DNA of 64,000 nucleotides. Origin: Basidiobolus meristosporus CBS 931.73. Lineage: Eukaryota > Fungi > Basidiobolomycota. The translations under genes were made by a program, and so were the position numbers. Positions 50,753 through 64,000 of this stretch are shown here, one piece after another (within the stretch, counting starts at the first letter, position 1; the number at the start of each line of letters is the position of its first letter). The notes beneath the pieces are model-generated. The model was given only the letters and a program-made list of their open reading frames with translations, made no database searches and was not told the origin of the DNA. The stretch spans positions 1 to 64,000 of the forward strand of contig MCFE01000190.1 of NCBI GenBank assembly GCA_002104905.1, given 5' to 3'.

Positions 50753-52073
50753 CATGTGCGTATTGCCACCATCGCATACCTTCCTACTATGAAACTGGGT
50801 TGATCCCAACTGTATATCCAGTAGTCTTAATATTGTCCGATACATTTGAGTGTCATAATCGTGGAAATAAAATCAATACAACTCATTTATGCCTTCATTG
50901 GCGCTCACTCAATAGAAAACGATGAGATCTATCTTAGAATATAAAGCTTTATCTCACCGTTCATAGCTCATGAGCAGCTAATCTTTATTAGTAACCGTTT
51001 CACTTAAGGTTCAGTACTATTGTGGTGATTTAATCCACTCCAGATGTCCACCCACAGATCATTTCTTGTAAAAATACTTGGTCATTTATACATATGAGCC
51101 AACCAACACTGCACATTGAAACTATGGCCCTCAGAAATTTAGGAACTTGGTAAAATCCATAAGCCAGTAGCTCTTAGTGTCCAGTAAACAAAGAAAACAA
51201 CTGGCAAAATTGGATCCTCCTATGGCTCATTTTCCCTCTCTCCTTCATACCTTTCGTAACCTTTGGCTGCCCCTGTATTCTCAAATGTGGCGGTCAGGTA
51301 TCAGAATACACGTTTTACCAGTACTACCTGAGTTACATCGTCCTTATGTACCACACTTTTTCTAGCGGTAACTGCTCGATGGAAGAATTGCTGGAGTTGG
51401 TCACTAATTAACACAGCGTCTACTTCTTCATACAATACGATCACGCCCTCACAGTATCGCACTCAATGCTCAGACAATGCAAAGATAGTGAAACAAACTA
51501 TCCTTTATTACCACCCAAATGGTCATTAATTTTGCACATGTCCTTACATACCCCGTTCCAAAACAAGCGCTGATGGATGTTGTTTACAAAGCTCTACGAA
51601 AGTAATGATTCTTGATCTCTGACCTAAACCAGCGAGTCATTTCAATATCCCAATTCTCTTCCCAACCCCTTTGGGGTCTTGGGGTGGTTGTGATTGTTAC
51701 AATGTAGACAGGTACTATCAAATGCTTATTTCTCCATCATATCGAAAGGCGTCCAAAAACCCCCAAACCAAGTCTCTGCACACATAAATTTACTGCGTGC
51801 AGATGTGCACCATCAGAACAAAATACACAAATATGGTTTTCAAAACCGGAAACCTACTCGACACTCCTTCCTTGGCCATGAATAATTTTTACGGTTTGGT
51901 ATATATATTTGTAGTATAACGTACGGATCGAACAGATAGGTCATGTTGTGATTAAATCAAAATTTACATGCGATAGCTGTGAGGAATAGTTAGCGACCAA
52001 TGTAACCAAGTCTTATATTGGGGGAAGGGGGTTCATACGTGAGGTGGTATCTATATTTTTTGTGGGAATGCTT

Positions 52074-53748
52074 TCACCGACAATCGGTTGGAGCGACAAC
52101 TTCTGGTGAGCGGGTATGGAGACTTTCATTGTATAGGTTCGGGTCAGAATACATGTGAGGAGGCATCATAAATACCGGGCCCACAGGATATTCTACACCA
52201 GGTGCTGGTGGTGGGAAAGGACTGCTGGGAAATTGATGGTATGCATCCAGTGGCGAAGGGTATCCGCGGAGGTATGGCGACCGATCATGCTCAATTGGTA
52301 ACTAAATAATGATGAGTATGTTGATGGTGGTAAGCACTTGGGTCAATGTTAATGATACCTCAGGCATATATGGGTAAGAATGGCGATGATCTGTTGGAAT
52401 ATATTCATACGAAAGCTGATGAAAAGCGGGTTAGAATCTACTAACTATTGTGCATGCGGTGTAAGAATTACCTGCGATGGTGAGGGCGAAGGAGCATACA
52501 TTCTTGAGAGATCCGGTGAGTCCTACAAATTTTCGAGAGGTTACATACGACACTCCCTGAAGCATTGCAATGGCAGAGGTACCTGTTGAGGCATCGAGTT
52601 TGCTCTCCTAGGTCCAATTAATTTGGATCTACGCCGATCTACTGTAGATTGAGGTGAGCCATGAATCCCTCCAAGCAAAGGGGACCTGCCAGCAGTAGCA
52701 ATGTCATTGAGTCGAGGAGTTTGTGCGGTTGGCGACATCGGATATGGGCTCACTAGATTCTCAGATGATTCACCTCCAAGGTAAGGATACATACGGCCAT
52801 CTGGGTAAACGATAGGCTCAGAGTGGCGATGAATATATTTGTGAACATTTTCGATGGTGCGGGAGAAATTAGTATGCTTCTGTGGATTGACGGCTGGGCT
52901 TTTGTCCGAAGGATCTTGTGCTGGGGCATGGTTGTCAATACTTGCGTTGGGAGACCTACTTCTATCTAGTTTCATGTCGTCAAGTTCACAACGAAGCTTC
53001 TCCATATCAGGCACCGACTTGGGGCTATTCAATGTGTTCTTGGATACTTCCATATCTTTGACAGCCTCAGCAACCTTTGGCTGCTGGCTTATGGGTGGGA
53101 GAGCGTCTTCAGATTCCTTCATTTGGCTGAGAATCTCGGCTGGAGTTAGCGTGATTCTGTGAACGGCTGGCTTCGGTGGGTGAGCAGGCTTAGGAATATC
53201 AGGCTAAAACCAACGTGTTAATATTTACATACATCTTGATAGAGCTCGGACCTAGAACTTACCGCAGGGTAGTATGTAAACTCCAGGTAAACCTCTCCTG
53301 CTGGCATTCCCTGTGAAGTCAAGCCAAACCAGCCTATCGGGAATATTAAGCGAATCGTACTTGATCCTAAACCATTTATAAAGCACTTACCATCCCACTG
53401 GTGACTCTTCAATACAGGACTAAAATCAATGGTCCGATGACCAATCAAGGAACTATCCCTTAAATTTTGGTCCAAACATTGAACCCTAACTACGGTGTCT
53501 CCTTCAAATATGTCGAACTTGAAACTGTCTTCCCAGCGGGGTTTCTGCCCACCATTTTTATCAGCCTTGGTACGCTGACTCCGTACGCCGTGCTCGACTT
53601 GAATGTAGGGATCCTGTTTACCGATCTTCTGGACAACTCGTAGCCCTCGCCCCTGACATGGCTTGATATCTAGAACGCCCAAGTTCTTCTTGGGCTTTCG
53701 GGCACCTTTATGCATTAGCATATAAAGCGGGGGGGTTTGTGAAGACAT
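52074..53748 (-). CDS. C2-domain protein with Pro-rich C-terminus, Inn1/Fic1-like cytokinesis protein, multi-exon
   Basis: N-terminal C2 (IGKQDPY, TKADKNGGQKPRWED, AGEVYLEFTYYP), then PxxP-rich exons (PDIPKPAHPPKP, ORF 52541-53122). The last exon ends at TGA 52076-52074. Confidence 0.78.
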
Positions 53749-54900
53749 GTTGAGGCTGATAGTAGAGGAACGTGAAAAACGGAGAGAAGTATAGAATTGA
53801 TGAATAGGTTGCCAAGAAAGGGGTAGTTATACGCCCTGCGAGGAAGAATAGCCATAAGTTTGGAAGGGTACACAAATGAAATCATTGTAACCTTCCAAGC
53901 CCCAAACTAGGGCGATTTATACGGGACGCTATATTTGCTCATAAATCATTTACTAACAGGTATGCTCAAATCATCTGGTTTATGTTGAAAAGTCACTATG
54001 ACCTCATCCTGGAGTATGGAAATGATAAATTTTCATCCAATTAGATGAAACTGATTTGGATTATACGGCCATTTTCCTGGCAAGGTGTTACTGGGCACCA
54101 ACCTCAAGCACAAAGATACACGACTACGTTTCACCTGCACACGTCAAAGATGGATATGCAAACATCTTCGCGCGCAAGGAACGCGTCGTAAATGTCCCGT
54201 GTAGTCACTCGGTATAGTCGAAGATGAGCTGTCATTACCAGCCAGCAGGGCTTGGTCTATATTTTTGCACACACAACTCTCCGCAATAACCGCGCGAGCC
54301 TGTAGGCCATCATCCCAAGTCCATCGCCAAAAATAGCCTGCTGGTATATTGATCAAGGCATGGATAGATTGAAGGGTACTGATTGGTATACTCTGTTCAG
54401 AAGTCAAAACAAACGCTGTCCAATCGGGCCACGTACTGAAATAAATTATACAATATTGAGGATAGCTTGGTTATATTTAATGGTGTAATTCATGGATATG
54501 ACTTGCAAACGCCTAGGGCACATCACCGATAGGTTACTATTTTGCCATATCTGGCTTATTACCTGTCCTTAATTAATTGGCACCCAAGCCAAGAGTGCCA
54601 ACTTGCCCTATTCACGTAAAAATAATTAGTCTCGACGTCCATGACGCCCAGATGAGGCCTCAGGCATCTCTTGGTGATATTGATTTCAATGCCGAAGTTG
54701 ATACTGGCCCACTGGCACCATTTGTCGATCATCCACAAACAGGTTGGTGCAAGCCCCCCAAGAGCCGGGCATGACTCCGATCGTTATTTGCTTGGCGTCC
54801 AGTTTATTATTACAATTAGCAACGCAGCATTTACAGGTGAGCTTTGGTTGCATTTCAATATACATATATACATGTTCATATACCAAGCCTTACACACCAG

Positions 54901-56001
54901 TTACAGATGATACCCGGGTACAGCGCAGAATATGATCGTTGACAGAATTGAAATCAGCAGAGTCGCTCCTAGTATTACAAAAGATTTTCGACGATGAACC
55001 ATTCGAACATAGGGAGTGTCTAATTTTTGGAGATGGAACCAACCCGTGTTTCTTCGGAATGAAAAGACTCGGTCATTAATGGCTCTTGGTTTGCACATGA
55101 GTTGAAAGAATACTTACGTATATTCATAGAGGCCAAATATAGGACAGAACCTATCTAAGCCAATAACCAGGTTCGTCCAGCCTATGGCCAAGGGTGGGAA
55201 CGCCCAAATGCGCCACCAGCGTGGACGGTAATCGATGAAAATCAATGTCAAGGCAATGGAAAACCCTAAAGCAAGCATGAGGAATGCTAAGATCAGCCGA
55301 AATATGGAGTGTTTGCCAGTGATATTATGATCCGTAAGGTGATCCAGATAATTTGGATAATAGTAGAAGTTTAGGACGTCAAATACATATATTTTGGCAT
55401 TATCGAGTATATGCTCATCGAAATGGCCAAACTGCGAATTGGCGGTGATTAGGCGCTGACGCTCTTCTTCAGGCAAAACGATCGGTGCTTTTTCAGGATC
55501 CTCTGGGACATATTCGAGACATATTCTTTGTACGTTCTCCCTTAGTTTATGGAGATTCAGGGTATTCTTTTCGGCTACCACCTCAATTGCATCGCCATCA
55601 AGAGCAGTATCAGGCTTGGGGGCTGTTCCCGAGGCAGATGCGATATGAGTGGAGGGTGACCTGTGAACCAGATTCGGGTTTGTCTTTTGAGTTGCATGGT
55701 GTGCGAGAGGGATATCTCGCGTTGTGGGCTTCGGAGTCATATTACTTGTCCTGATTTGCTTTAGAAACACTCGCCAGATCTCCTCATGGCGCTCAGCTTC
55801 AAGCCAGAAAGTTAAGTACTGCTCTTCACCGAGATTGCGATTCTTTAAATAATGATAGAACTCGGCCAGTGTGAAAGGAGAGGTAGCTTTATTCCGTAAG
55901 GTCTGCTCTAGGGTTGGCGGCTTCTGAAAGCTTTTGTCGTTGGCTGCCACGGCATTTGATTTTAGTTGTGCTCTTCTACTTGTAGTGCTCTCAGCTGGCA
56001 T
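54901..56001 (-). CDS. RAX1: Rax1-like RGS-domain membrane protein (bud-site selection family), 2 exons
   Basis: PTLEQTLRNKATSPFTLAEFYHYL..YLTFWLE (RGS-like N-terminus), two TM helices, FCPIF, and a final exon with a TM helix ending IFCAVPGYHL. Confidence 0.8.
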
Positions 56002-57401
56002 TATATTCCTGTTCAGAAAGTGAGAGCGGGCAGTTTAATATCTGGGAGAAGTAGAAAATGGCGAAAACACCTGTACATTTTGGTATTAACTTGGTTTTCT
56101 TGTTACGAGGTATCAAATCACCGCTTGATACCTTTAAGATGGAGTGATTAGATGAAACCAAACGAGTCCCGCATGGAGAAAAAGGTCGAGGGATCTTTAG
56201 ACTAAAGGGCAAATAGCGACTACTCTATATACTGCTCTTATCCAATCCAGGCATTGATGACTGAACTTTATATTACACACAACCAAGCCAATAGATTATG
56301 CTGATTGATTAAAAATTGAAATCGATTACCATATAAGGTAATCGGGTTTAAACATGAAGCTTTGCGGCAAACGCGATACAAAACTCAGCTGGAATTGTTC
56401 GTTTCAACCAGGCCAAATCTCCATCAAGGAGGCCAAAATGATCGGACATTGAAGGGATTTGGGTTTTCAATGGAGCGCATACGTAGCGGGTTACCAGGAG
56501 TGCATCCGACAAAAAACGTAATTGGGGAATGGGTACGCCAACTGATTCGATGAGACGATACGCTAATGTTGAATTCAAATGCGCAATGGCCCGCTTCGAG
56601 CCATCCACTTGCCTCGTCGCTGTCTTGTCGAATCAGTTGGCGTCGTCAATCCGTGTCGCTCATTTGCGTGGCTGCTTAGTACATAATTTTACTTATTCAG
56701 CCCAAGTACTCGACCAGATCAGGATCATCTGTGTGTATTTTAAAACCCACAGATACGTAATTCTCCCGAAGCTCTCATGGTGATTTCACCTTCCGCATGA
56801 CATAATGCTTTAAATAAGTACAACCAAAGGCGGGATTTAGAGTCAGCAATTTATGAAAATGCGATTCAGATGGGCGGCGGAAACCTATGTCCAAGCCTGG
56901 TTCACCTGGAGATCTTGCTTGGGCTGTGACGGAAGAAACAGTTGTGCTCGCCAATTCCTGATTTTACCGACCTGGCTAGTGACTGTGATTTATGCAGCAT
57001 TTCGTTTAGTCACCGTAACTGATTAGTACTTGGTTAAATGTCCCGAATTGATCAATGGTGTTTAGAGAAATCGACGTGGGGTCCCGAGCTCGATCAAGTC
57101 AAGTCCAACATGTAGAGATGTGGGGCCAGGAAGGGTAATAGAATCAACCCTCGCCTGGTGAAGAATTATGTGGGGAATCTGGCCAGAATAAAAAATGGGG
57201 ATATCCATGAGGCCGATCATTACTGCCTAGTAATAATATCTTCCCCAACATGTTGGAAAAAATCAAATCATTTCATACCCCCCCTCCCCTCATTTTGTGG
57301 TATTCTGGACTTTTTTGAGTCGACTGAGAATCTTTGCGAGAACTTGGTATTAATACTTTTGACTTCAACTATTGCCCCACTCCTTTGTAAACGGTATAAA
57401 C

Positions 57402-58003
57402 ATGACCAACGAGAAAGATTGCACCGCTAAAGCCGTCGAATCCGCTTTGTTCGGTGGTACCCTTGGCCTTCTGGCCTCTGCTGTCCAAAACTCTTTCCAA
57501 TCTCATTCTGCTGGTGCCGCTGGTGTCTTCACCAGAACCGGCCGAGTTATCCCCTACCTCGGTAAGTCAATATGGCTCGGCCTTCTTTAAGAGATTGGTC
57601 TTTTTCATCTTTGATGTGTATCTAATCGATCCTGATTTCCTCCCGTCCTGAAGCCGTTGTCGGTGGTGTGTTCTCCGCTACTGAATGTTTGTCCGAAAGC
57701 ATTAGAGAGAAGAAAGATTACATCAATAGCGGAATTGCCGGATGTACTGTTGGCATCTTGGCTGGTCTTCAAGGTTAGTGCTTTTTGGCAGCTTTATAGA
57801 TTTTCCTCGCCCCTCACCGACACCGGAATTTTCCAGCTCGTTCTTTCCCTGTTATGGTTGGCGCTACCGTTGGCCTTGGTGTATTCATGGGCTTGTATGA
57901 TTATACCGGTGGTACTTTGAAGGGAATTTATTTTGGAAAGTCTGAAGAGGATGTCAAGCAATATCGCGAAGAATTTTTCAAGAAGAATGAGAAGAGTGCT
58001 TAG
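57402..58003 (+). CDS. NDUFA11: Mitochondrial complex I subunit NDUFA11/B14.7 (Tim17/22 family), 3 exons
   Basis: GLLASAVQNS..GAAGVFTRTG, then GGVFSATECLSESIREKKDYINSGIAGC, then LYDYTGGTL. Two GT-AG introns in compatible phase. Confidence 0.85.
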
Positions 58004-58436
58004 TTTAACCGCATCTACAGCACCACCTTTGGTCAAACAAGACTATCCGATGCTTGTAGGCCACTTTTGTTTTAAAACGCAAGATAAAAGGCCTAAGCAT
58101 TCTTTTCTACTACGATTATCCTCAACATTTCACTTCGTCTTTTTCGCATTTCAAATAAAGGAATCCATCATTTCCAACTTTCTGACTTGACTGATAGAAG
58201 TTGGGCATATATTGAGAAGTAATCGTAGATACAAGGATATGGCATTGTGGATATCATAAAGTGGAATATGTTCCATTAATAGCGGTAGTTCGTAAATCGC
58301 ATGAAGATCAGTGTGGATGTTATCTACAGTATTTGGGAGTAGCATAATATAATAGAGGAGTTTGAATTGAGCATAGTTTGTAATTGATGTTATTGTATGC
58401 AATCCTAGGGATTATTGGTTACGGAAAGCAGAAACC

Positions 58437-61400
58437 TCACCAAAGCTGCACTTTTGATGGAGGTGGACCTTGTGCTCTTGCCTCCCAGTACCCACCTGTA
58501 TATAACCAAGATTCCTGCTCTGGCGAATATGGATCGCTTTTCTTTTCAAACCACTGTGGTGTCCAGGCTTCGCCAAGAGAATCGAGCTGTTTTCTACGGT
58601 CACGTTGTAATTGTTCTACACGGAGTTTCTCTTCATCAGCCTCATCCACTTTGCCGTGTTCAAAGAGTTGCTGGTCGGGGCGCAGGCGAGTATCAGTCTG
58701 AGGAAGCTTGGAAGCTATGTCGGGAGTGATCTCGTTCAACTCTATTGCAAACTGAGTGAATCCGTACATGTCAGAAGCATTGGGAAGGGGTGGGTGAGCG
58801 CGCCAGATCATTTCGAGTTTATCTTGCCCAAGGTCATGCCAGAGGGCATGATGCCATTGCCCAGTGAGTGTTCTAACTGGATTCCCCCCAGCATCATGAA
58901 GAACAGCACGAACTTCATTGTTGGAAGATTTGAAAAACCCACCCTCCTTAAAGGTCAAAATGCAATATTCTTTAGTAGATTGATTGGTTATACGAACGTC
59001 TCCCGAGTGCTCCAAATAGCGAGTCCCCGCAAGCATGTTACGCACCCAGGTGGAGGGCTTTGAGTACGTGTATTCCTCATTGTGCTTCGTTAACTCAACA
59101 TGGACAACTCCAAACGGAACCATCTCCATGGATTTCCCCCAAAACTTGCTATTGATTTTAGAATCTTGCCAGAATTTGAAGTTTACCGACTCAGCATAGC
59201 AAGCCATGACTGGTGGGTGATGAGAGACCTTTTCAGAGATAAACCTGAATCCTTTGTCTGGTCTAACGCATTCGTAAGTCTCACCCAAGAGAGGATTAAA
59301 CGGTTTTCTGCCAGTTCGGGATTGAGTTGACGCATAGGCAGATAAGGCGAATGCAGCGATATAGGCCAGGCGATCGATAGAATTGTCCATCTCAGAGGCC
59401 TTGTCCAATAGCTCGCTGTACTCGAGCTCTTCGCACAGTCGCTGCAGCAAATTCAAGGGCTCGTTGAGGGCAATGGGCATGGCCACAGATGACAAATCTT
59501 TTCCAACATTTTTCCGGAGAATCGACATAATACTCACGTCCGGTCCGCATATCGGGGATGGGAGGACTGTGCGTCGATAGATAGTCTGGGCAGAGTCCTT
59601 GAGAGCATGCAGCTCCACTCCGTCTTCGTTACATCCACCCTTTAGCTCACATGATTCAATGAAGCTGTCATCGTCGTCTTCATCTTCATCGAGTTGGGAG
59701 GAGTCCTCAGTACCAATTTGATCGTCATCTCCAGATGTATCCTCGGATATAATTATTTCAGGGGCATCAAAGAACTCATCTTCACCTGTTCCAATGGATG
59801 AAGCAATAGACACTGGGCGGCTATTTCGCTTGGTGGAGAAGCTGTGTGAATCATCTTCTGTGGAAATGTTGCCTTTGAGATCATCATTCTCACGCTCAAG
59901 ATAAGAGATGGTGCTTTTCAGCGTGACGTTCTTGTCTGATTCATCAGACAATATATTGCCAATATTCACACCGGCCTTTTCTATAGTCAAGAGACAATGC
60001 TCCAGCTTCTCAGCCAAAATCAACGGATTCGGAGCGACTGAGTTGACATCGCTTGCATTGGTGCCTGTAATATAGACATATCAGTATAAAAACTATGGGG
60101 TTGTCTTGTTCCATCTATACCAGAATGGCCATTCTTCAAGACGTTGCTCGGTTTTGAGTCGGGCAATGAAGTTTGTTGGAGATACTGTTGAATCAAGGTA
60201 GTGAGTGCCTTGGCCTCGTGTAACTGAGTGATCAGAGTGGAGCATTCCTCCTTTGCTTTAATAAAAGGAAGTGAGGGCTCCAAAGCGTTAGAGGCTTCCT
60301 GGCGAAGAGTAGCAATACGCAAGTCTTCTGTGTTCGGTGATTTGGGTTTGATCAACCCCGAGGTATCGTGGTTCAAGCCTTCACCTATAGCGTCATCATC
60401 TGGTTGCTTCGAGTATTTTTTTATAACATCCATCCACTGCTCGAAGTCTTCGGCATTTAAAGCCCTAAGGCTATATAAACAAGATCCGCTATCGATGTTG
60501 ATGGCTCTATGTCCTGGGACAACATATATGACGGAAAGCGGAATTTGAATTGATCCTCGGCAGAAACTCTGCGGGCTCTTGAAATAAGATAATACACCTT
60601 TATCGATCTGTACCCATCGCTTTGCCCAACCTTCAATTGCACCATAAGCATCGTATGTTAGCGTGAAAATGCTTAAATTCTGAACAGCTATTCAAATACC
60701 AACCTTGCATTTTCTTGCGTTTCTTCTTCAACAACCAGCCGCTAATCTCCGGCTCGTTTTTCTTTTCATCCGGGCCTTAAAGAAAGTGGAGGTTATTATT
60801 ACGTGCCTGGGCAGGAGATAGGAATTTAGGCAATCACCATCTTTGAGTCCCACAAAGAATGTTAGCTTCTTTGAAGTATTTCGAGAGAAGGAATTATCTA
60901 ACATTGAACAACAAGTCAACTCCAAAACAATGGTTGTAGTGTTCTCAGAAAAATTTACCAAAACACAAGACGTAGGTTCCGGGTTCTTGGACTAGGTGTG
61001 AACCTTTGATGGTTGTTTTTGAAGATTCGTAGTGCCCCACGGGGATTATTTCAATAAGATTAGGATCTTTTGAGGTAAGGAAAATTGAAGAAGCCTTTCG
61101 GATGGATTTCGGAATAGGATTATTTGAATCTTGGAGACTGCATATTGAGGTGTCATCATCACCAAGCTCATATTCACCGCTATCGGCATTGAGTGAGTTA
61201 GGAATGGATGTAAAACTGCCGCCAGGGACGCTAGCATTTCTGGTGGTCGGCACAGTTAGACTTCCTGTAGAAGCAACGAAGAGGTCCGAAGACGAGGCGA
61301 CGGTTTCCTTTCTATAATACAGACCAAAGGAGATGTTTTTCTTTTTTGTTGAGAAATACCATAGAAGGTTTTTCCCTCTCTGGTCAACGTAGATATAGTG

Positions 61401-61439
61401 CTGGAAAATGTCTCTGGGCGGCACCTCCACTTCTTGCAT
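58437..61439 (-). CDS. OSH3: Oxysterol-binding protein with GOLD, PH and ORD domains, multi-exon
   Basis: GOLD-like N-terminus (KKKNISFGLY..GTYVLCF), PH domain (GWLLKKKRKKMQGWAKRW), FFAT-like EDEFFDAPE, and ORD (LNEPLNLLQRLCEELEY, RKPFNPLLGETYE, EKVSHHPP, DTRLRPDQ). Confidence 0.93.
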
Positions 61440-62360
61440 CTCACTTGGTACTCTCCTTTAGATAACAAGAACTCGTGTTGGGAGTCAGTTATTACATAGG
61501 GATGAGGAATCGTAATTTTTGAAACAAAATTAGGGGATATTGCACGTGGAAACTACGGATTGAGTTGATACATAGATCCACAACTCTCCTGTACCCTTTG
61601 GCCGCTATCATCTGTGATCAGATCTTGCATGACTTGTTTCTTGAAATTAATTACACTTGCCCAAAAATATCCACTTGGTGGGATTATTTTGGCAAACTGG
61701 CGTGATGGAGTATGCTCAATCTGGTCGTGCAATTTTTGATTTCCGGGCATTGTTGGCGCTGGTAATAGAGCGGAATCTCACAAGATCTTCTCGAGAATTT
61801 CTGGTGGAATCTTCGATGAATATTACAAATCATTTCTGTCCTTCCTTGAAATACAAATATAGAAGGGCCATGGTAGCCCCCAAATTATAGAACAACAATG
61901 GCACTCAGAAGTGGGTCTATGTTTATGTAAGAAGGATTTTCCAATTCATCCGCGAGGCTCAACGTATTTCTCATGTTGAAGGATCACCTGACTTTGCCCA
62001 AATGCCACCCATTTGGCACACAGAGCAATAACCTAGCGAATCATATTTTGAACCTGATGTTGTGATATAGTGCCATCATGGATTTTTAGAGTTGCCATTG
62101 GGATATATGGGTTTTATCATGGATGCTTATAGTCTCGTACCATTTCATCCGAAAAGTTCCGATGCTTTAGCAAGAATTTTGATCTACTACGAAGGACAAA
62201 GCATTCACTGATTAGCAGTGTCGGATGTATAAGGATTAGGTGCAAATTCAGCATGATGATTGCAAGTAGTAGTAGCATCTTAAGATCAAGGACTACGTTA
62301 TAGTCGAATTAGTGGAGCCTGTCAACACTTCATGTTGCAAGGTATACCTTGATTCTATAT

Positions 62361-62682
62361 CCCTATGAAAAATCTCAAACTTGGAATTCATCTAATTTTT
62401 AGCTGGTATTCTGCTGGTATTCTGATGGTATTTTGCTGGTATTCAGCTGGTGTTTTGGGTTCAAAATTTCAAATGCAGTTTTTGATGGAAGTAATGAGCA
62501 GCTAATTACTAAATTTGGTATGGATGCTAGTTTGCCTAGTCTCCTCCTGGACAACTTGTTTACTTGCCTGCCCATCAGCTCAGAACAGAGATTTTGAGAG
62601 TTGTCAATTTTGAGAAACTTGGAATTCAGCTGATACTGTGATGGTATTTTGCTGGCCTTTTGTCAATTTTTTTTTCTTAGGG
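62361..62682. mobile_element. Candidate MITE with CCCTA termini and subterminal GCTGGTATT repeats
   Basis: CCCTATGAAAAA..TTTTTCTTAGGG, TAT on both sides, no CpG in 322 bp, 9-12-bp tandem motif at ~62402-62450. Confidence 0.5.
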
Positions 62683-64000
62683 TATACTATTAAGCTTCTA
62701 GAAAGGAAATTGGATTTCAGAATTGTAGAAATACTGACAGGTAACATTTAGTTGTACTATTAAACTCTCACAAAAGTCAAACTCTTTGTTTTACTAGATA
62801 CATCGTGCCATCTTTATACTTCAAGCCCACTTCTACAGTTCCTCCGGTGCGTATCAACCAAATGAAATGTACTTGATGATTTTAAAAGGTAGAGATCTAC
62901 AATTTCAAAGCTATGTGTACCATGAGAGCAAATATCAAATCATTAAAAGCATCCAACGCTTTGTATACATAGATTCGTTGCCTTTAAATACCAGCATAAA
63001 ACCTAGTCAGCTACAAGTTTGTTCCGGCCACCTTGTGGACAAATATTCATATTTCCCAGATGGGCTTGGGCCAGAGTAGCCTTCATACCAAGCTTGGCAT
63101 TAGCCAGCTCATACATAGAGCTTAAAAAGTGCATGGTTGTCTTCAACTTACTGAGTACAGCATTTGTACTTAAGGAGCATCTGTGCGCAGAAGAATAGCG
63201 ATAATAAGCTGCTGGGCTATTTTGTTATATTTAAGGTTTTTGATAGTTTCCTGAATCTACTCTTCCAAAGAATTGATAAGTATCTTAAGAACTACGTTTT
63301 AATCAATACTTGGCATTCAAAAAAACTTTGCAAGTAGCAAATCAGAATGCACAAATAATGCTAGCATCCAGCTAAATAATGGCAATATTCAAAATGCATT
63401 ATTCCAGATTATGATGATTTCAGACTTGACCAGTATCTTGCATAAAATTAGATTGACTGAGTAGTCAAGGCTGAGAAGTTGGCGGTATTGAAGTGGTTTG
63501 TGAGGCCCCCATATCTCTACGCGTCTCTCCGTGCTATTTGGTTTTTGCAACTAAACCAAGAAGTGAATATACTCCGACTTCTATGTTTCACCAAATCACC
63601 TCACAATTGTCAACTTTTACTGTGGGAAAAATTATGGATTTTACTCATTTGAATTACTAGTAATATCATTACTTCTACTCTATGATCAAGTAATCTAGTA
63701 ATACTTTTTGAGCAACTCCACACTGATACAGAAAACCCAACATCTGCTTTCGGGTACTCCGCTTTGCGCTTGCTTCAGCTTTCTTACTCTCGAGTCCTTG
63801 GAATGACGCTCCTCAGGCCCTTATCCCGTTTGTAAAGTTATGAAATAATAATCTTGCTTTTACATGTAACTTCCGATCAAACCCCTTTTGTGTGGTAAAA
63901 TACTCGTGTAAATTACATCGCTCTGGAAATAATCAAGTATAATGAAGATCTATCTGATGAAGGCATACTCATTCTCTTGGCGATACTGATCATGATTAAT

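Noticed and set aside
54144-54935. Short ORFs between the C2 and Rax1-like genes
   Set aside because: They overlap on both strands with no family signal, and probably include UTR or promoter sequence.
33000-64000. tRNA, rRNA or snRNA genes in intergenic regions
   Set aside because: No cloverleaf, T-loop (GTTCRA) context or rRNA-like segment was seen by eye. tRNAscan-SE/Infernal was not run.

Overview
Eukaryotic, fungal genomic DNA. An early-diverging lineage is my inference from gene content and short 50-80 nt GT-AG introns. The window has two sharply separated halves. (1) About 1-32,980 is a CpG-depleted nest of decayed transposons, which I resolved by hand from termini and target-site duplications (TSDs). 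It holds five copies of one Ty1/copia family (348-bp LTRs, a Ty5/copia-type half-tRNA-iMet primer site whose ATG is in frame with gag) and four fragments of one Ty3/gypsy family (369-bp LTRs). It also holds three other TG..CA elements (two with 4-bp TSDs, one carrying a G-rich hairpin array), three copies of a two-ORF PIF/Harbinger-ISL2EU (PHIS)-type DNA transposon with an ATT TSD and an unrecognised accessory ORF, and ends of a CCCTA-terminated TIR family. (2) About 33,400-61,500 is a CpG-normal, gene-dense block: Bre4/FUSC-like transporter, an unknown protein with ~16-aa Trp-anchored repeats, a possible F-box/WD40 (pseudo)gene, a Ser/Thr-rich GPI-type protein, COMT-like methyltransferase, Gfo/Idh/MocA oxidoreductase, an orphan gene, Inn1/Fic1-like C2 protein, Rax1-like RGS protein, complex I subunit NDUFA11-like and Osh3-like oxysterol-binding protein. 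A candidate MITE lies at 62.4 kb. No rRNA, tRNA or CRISPR was seen. All calls are by eye; no database search was run.
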